From the NCBI RefSeq assembly GCF_009914755.1, contig NC_060928.1: 64,000 nt of DNA; one strand, given 5' to 3'. The notes under the pieces are model-generated. The model searched no databases and was not told the DNA's origin. It saw only the letters and a program-made list of their open reading frames with translations. Shown here piece by piece: positions 58,555 through 64,000 of the stretch. How positions within the stretch are numbered: the first letter of the stretch is position 1; every line of letters begins with the position of its first letter. The position numbers were made by a program, and so were the translations under genes. The DNA is from the human T2T-CHM13v2.0 reference genome, Homo sapiens.

Positions 58555-59150
58555 TACTATTCAATTGATGATCTGAGTGTTTATTAGATGCAAAGTACTG
58601 TGTTAAACTTCAGCAGGGAAAGTATTATCAAGGTGGTTAAAGTACACAGAACTTGAAATTTGCAAAAGAAGGAGACAAAATTCCAGAGCATAAGGCCTAA
58701 GAGAAATTCTCAGGCCTTATGCTCTGTGTGAAAGGCACAGGGCCTTGGGGATATTAGAAGGAGAAACAAGAGCATATGGAACCGGGGAAAGGGAGAGGTG
58801 ATGAGGAAAGATTTCATGGAGAACATGATGTTCCAGAAGGTCTTTGTGAGCCAACATTATTTCCATAAGCAAAGTTGAGAAAACAGGGCTTTCTAGGAAG
58901 TAGAAGAGCATGGTTAAAAGCCTAGAGATGGAAGAGTTTGGGGGTATGTTGTGAAAGTATAAACCATACGGTTTCAAAGGAGGAGAGAAAATGAATAAGG
59001 TAAAAATAGACAATGTTTCTCCACTCAAACTGTGACGAATATGTGAAATTTCCTATTTTCAAGACCTGGGCAGCCAATAAAGTATTTTTAGCAGAGAATA
59101 ATAGGAATATGTCTCCATGCAGAATAGTAGATTGAAGGTGGTAGGGGCAG
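58555..59150 (-). mobile_element. L2 fragment
   Basis: gtgtttattagatgcaaagtactgtg; ggaaagatttcatggag; agagcatggttaaaagcctagagatg. Confidence 0.55.
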
Positions 59151-59378
59151 AGGTAGGAGGAGTTGTGAATCACTAGTGGTGACTGAAGCAAGATAATTAG
59201 ATAAAATGAATGACTGATTAACTCTCAAGCCCTTGGAATAGCAGAAGAGGAGTTATGTGAATTATTAAAATTCATATTTGAATTACATAAAAGGCATAAT
59301 ATGAAAAACTCACAAAATGCTTAAGATGGTAAAAGAGAGAGAAGAAGGAAATTCTTATAACTTAAAGTTTAAAAATTT

Positions 59379-62300
59379 GGCAAGATGCGACCTGAAGCAG
59401 GTTGGGATGTCGCCTCACCTGGGAAGTGCAAGTGGTTGGGGGAATTCCCTTTCCTAGCCAAGAGAAACCAAGAGAAACTGTACCAGGAGGAACGGTGCAT
59501 TCCAGCCCAGATACTGTGCTTTTCACAGGGTCTTCACCACCAGCAAACCAGGAGGTTCTCTCTGGTGCCTGACTCGGCTGGCTCAGCGGGTCCCACCCCT
59601 ACGGAGCCCAGCAAGCTAAGATCCACTGGCTTGAAATTCTCCCTGCTAGTACAGCAGTCTGAGGTAGACCTGGGAAGGTGTCAGGGGAGGGGCATCCGCC
59701 ATTGCTAAGGCTTGAATAGGTGGTTTTACCTTCATAGGGTAAACAAAGACGCCAGGAAGTTGGAACTGGGTGGAGTCCATAGCAGCTCCCTGGGACAGAG
59801 CACATGTGGGAAGGGGCAGCTGATTTCAGCAGACTTAAATGTCCTTGCCTGACAGCTCTGAAGAGAGCAGTGGCTCTCCCAGCACAGTGTACAAGCTCTG
59901 ATAAAGGCAGACTGCCTGCTTCCTCAAGTGGGTCCCTGACCCCCTTGTATCCTGACTGGGAGACACCTCCTGGCAGGGGTCAACAGACACCTCATACAGG
60001 AGAAGTCTGGTTGGCATCTGGCAGGTGCCCTTCTGGGACAAAGCTTCCAGAGGTAGGAACAGGCAGCAATCTTTGTTGTTCTGCAGCCTCTGCTGGTGAT
60101 ACCCAGGCACACAGGGTCTGGAGTGGACCTCCAGCAAACTCCAGCAGACCTGCATGACAGAGGCCTGACTGTTAGAAGGAAAACTAACAAACAGAAAGGA
60201 GTAGTATCAACATTACCAACATCAAAGACCAAAGGTAGATAAATCCATGAAGATGGGGAGAAACCAGCACAAAAAGCCTGAAAATTCCAAAAACCAGAGT
60301 GCCTCTTCTCCTCCAAAGGATCACAACTCTTCGCTAGCAAGGAAACAAAACTGGATGGAGAATGAGTTTGATGAATTGACAGAAGTAGCCTTCAGAAGGT
60401 GGATAACCATAAACTCCTCTGAGCTGCAGAAGGATGTTCTAACCCAATGAAAGGAAGTAAAAACCTGGAAAAAAGGTTTGACAAATTGCAAACTAGAATA
60501 ACCAGCTTAGAGAAGAACATAAATGACCTGATGGAGCTGAAAAACGCAGCACAAGAACTTCGTGATGCATACACAAGTATCAATAGCCAAATCGATCAAG
60601 TGGAAGAAAGGATACCAGAGATTGAAGATAAACTCAATGAAATAAAGCAAGAAGACAAGATTAGAGAAAAAAGGGTAAAAAGAACAAAGCCTCCAAGAAG
60701 TATGGGACTATGTGAAAAGACCAGATCTACATTTGATTGGTGTACCTGAAAGTGACTGGGAGAATGGAATCAAGTTGGAAAACGCTCTTCAGGATATTAT
60801 CCCGGAGAACTTCCCCAACCTAGCAAGGCAGGCCAACATTCAAATTCAGGAAATACAGAGAACACCACAAAGATATTCCTCGAGAAGAGCAACCCAAGAC
60901 ACATGATCGTCAGATACACCAAGGTTGAAATGAAGGAAAAATGTTAAGGGCAGCCAGAGAGAAAGGTCAGGTTACCCACAAAGGGAAGCCCATCAGACTA
61001 ACAGCAGATCTCTAGGCAGGAACCCTACAAGCCAGAAGAGAGTGTGGGCCAATATTCAACATTCTTCAAGAAAAGAATTTTCATTATTTTCATATCTAGC
61101 CAAACTAAGCTTCATAAGCGAAGCTTAGTTTGGAATTTCATATCCAACCAAACTAAGCTTCATAAGCGAAGGAGAAATAAAACCCTTTACAGGCAAGCAA
61201 ATGTGGAGAGATTTTGTCACCAGGAGGCCTACCTTACAAAAGCTCTTGAAGGAAGCATTGAACATGGAAAGGAACAACCGGTACTAGCCACTGCAAAAAC
61301 ATACCAAATTGTAAAGACCATTGAGGCTATGAAGAAACTGCATCAATTAACAAGCAAAATAACCAGCTAGCATCATAATGACAGGATCAAATTCACACAT
61401 AACAATACGAAACTTAAATGTAAATGGGTTAAATGCCCCAAATTAAAAGACACAGATTTGCAAATTGGATAAAGAGTCAAGACCTCATCAGTGTGCTGTA
61501 TTCAGGATACCCATCTCATGTGCAAAGACACGCACAGGCTCAACATAAAGGGATTGAGGAAGATTTACCAAGCAAATGTAAAGCAAAAAAATAAAAATAA
61601 AAATAAGCAGGGGTTGCAATCCTAGTCTCTGATAAAACAGACTTTAAACCAACAAGGATCAAGAGACAAAGAAAGGCATGCCATAATGGTAAAAGGATCA
61701 ATGCAACAAAAAGAGCTAACTATCCTAAATATATATGCACCCAATACAGGTGGACCCAGATTCATAAAGCAAGCTCTTAAAGACCTACAAAGAGACATAG
61801 ACTCCCACACAATAATAGTGGGAGACTTTAACACCACATTGTCAATATTAGACAGCTAATTCCTGTATACCAATAATAGACAAACAGGGAGCCAAATCAT
61901 GAGTGAACTCCCATTCACAATTGCTACAAAGAGAATACATTACCTATGAATACAACTTACAAGGGATGTGAAAGAATTCTTCAAGGAGAACTACAAACCA
62001 CTGCTCAAGGAAGTAAAGACAGGACACAAACAAATGGAAAAACATTCCATGCTCATGAATAGGAAGAATCAATATCGTGAAAATGGCTATACTGCCCAAA
62101 GTAATTTATAGATTCAATGCCTTCCCCATCAAACTACCATTGACTTTCTTCACAGAAGTAGAAAAAAACCTACTTTAAATTTCACATTGAACCAAAAAAG
62201 AGCCTGCATAGCCAAGATAATCCTAAACAAAAAGAGCAGAGCTGGAGGCATCATGTTACCTGACTTCAAACCATACTACAAGTCTACAGTAAACAAAACA

Positions 62301-63700
62301 GCATGGTACTGGTACCAAAACAGAGATATAGACCAATGGAACAGAACAGAGGCCTCAGAAAAAACACCACACATGTACAACCATCTGATCTTTGACAAAC
62401 CTGACAAAAATAAGCAATGGGGAAAGGATTCCCTATTTAATAAACGGTGTTGGGAAAACTGGCCAGCCATATGCAGAAAGCTAAAACTGGATCCCTTCCT
62501 TATACCTTATACAAAAATTAAATCAAGATGGATTAAAGACTTAAACGTAAGACCTAAAACCATAAAAACCCTAGAAGAAAACCTAGACAATACCATTCAG
62601 GACATAGGCATGGGCAAAGACTTCATGAGTAAACCTCCAAAGCAATGGCAACAAAAGCCAAAATAGATAAGTGGGACCTAATTAAACTAAAGAGCAGATG
62701 CACAGCAAAAGAAACTATCAGAGTGAAGAGGCAACCTACAGAATGGGAGGAATCTTTTTCAATCTATCCATCTGACAAAGGGCTATTATCCAACATCTAC
62801 AAGGAACTTAAACAAACGTACTAGAAAAAAACAAACAACCCCACCAAAAAGTGGGCAAAGGATATGAACAGACACTTCTCAAAACAAGACATTTATGCAG
62901 CCAACAAACATATGAAAAAATGCTCGTCATTGGTCATTAGAGAAATGCAAATCAAAACCACAATTAGATACCATCTCACGCCAGTTAGAATGGCAATCAT
63001 TAAAAAGTCAGGAAACAACAGATGCTGGAGAGGATGTGGAGAATTAGCAATGATTTTACACTGTTGGTGGGAGCGTAAATGAGTTCAACCATTGTGGAAG
63101 ACAGTGTGGCGATTCCTCAAGGATCTAGAACTAGAAATACTATTTGACCCAGCAATCCCATTACTGTGTATATACCCAAAGGATTATAAATCATTCTACT
63201 ATAAAGACACATTCACATGTATGTTTATTGCAGCACTGTTCACAATAGCAAACATGTGGAACCAACGCAAATGCCCATCAATGATAGACTGGATAAAGAA
63301 AATGTGGCACACATACACAGTGGAAATACTATGCAGCCATAAAAAAGGATGAGTTCACATCCTTTGCAAGAACATGGATGAAGCTGGAAACCATCATTCT
63401 CAGCAAACTAACACGAGAACAGAAAACCAAATACCACATGTTCTCACTCATAAATGGGAACTGAACAATGAGAACACGTGGACACAGGGATGGGAATATC
63501 ACACACTAGGGCCTGTCAAGGGTTGGGGGAAGGGGGAAGGGGGAAGGATAGCATTAGGAGAAATACCTAATGTAGATGACAGGTTGATGGGTGCAACAAA
63601 CCACTATGGCACATGTATACCTATGTAACAAACCTGCAAGTTCTGGACATGTATCCCAGAACTTAAAATATAATAAAAAATAAATATATAAATATAAAAA
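59379..63700 (+). mobile_element. L1PA7/8-like element with 5' UTR, broken ORF1 (~60252-61370) and internally deleted ORF2 (from 61378)
   Basis: ggcaagatg start; ORF1 MGRNQHKKPENSK...; ORF2 atgacaggatcaaattcacac; jump at 61855 from the EN domain to the post-RT region; 3' UTR aatgtagatgacaggttgatgg and an A-rich tail. Confidence 0.93.
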
Positions 63701-64000
63701 GTATTTACAATAAAAAATAGTTACAATTTCAAAAAAAGTTAGCAAGATGATTTGGATAAAAAACAAGTGTAGCTAATTCATTTGGGGTTATATTTTAAAT
63801 GGAGAGCAAATAGGGAGAAATAAGTAAGAATTTCTCTCATTCTTTCACAGTCAGCCATCACTGCTGTGAGGACAAAAATAACATGAATACATATGTTCAT
63901 TCAAAAAATATTTATTCTAAAACAGAGAGTGTTTTGAAAGTTTTGAATTGACTGTTACATGTACTTAAAACATTATAAATAATAGCTAATATATACTTAA

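Noticed and set aside
59379-63700. Retrotransposition-competent or spliced L1
   Set aside because: ORF1 is frameshifted and the RT domain is deleted. The recalled consensus has no GT donor after ttagacag, so splicing is unsupported.

Overview
AT-rich, repeat-dense mammalian DNA, almost certainly human: it carries an AluYa5 with all five diagnostic substitutions. Most of the window is fossil mobile elements. These include several L1s (L1PA, L1PB/L1MA, L1MC/ME), 9 Alus, MaLR LTRs (THE1/MST/MLT1), an MLT2A/HERV-L end, a MER9 (HERV-K HML-3) solo LTR, hAT MITEs, and L2, MIR and CR1 remnants. All long ORFs are L1 ORF1/ORF2 remnants, and no L1 is intact. I cannot identify a known host gene, and I see no convincing novel biological system. 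The best leads are: (1) a ~486-bp, ~94%-identical local copy of unique DNA pasted into an MLT1 LTR, with a templated filler junction and a candidate exon inside it; (2) a speculative phase-compatible chain of four minus-strand exons; (3) an apparent MST/HERV-L hybrid provirus with a possible shared TSD; (4) a very young AluYa5; (5) many fold-back or templated micro-insertion scars. Repeat subfamily calls come from recalled consensus sequences, not from a database search.
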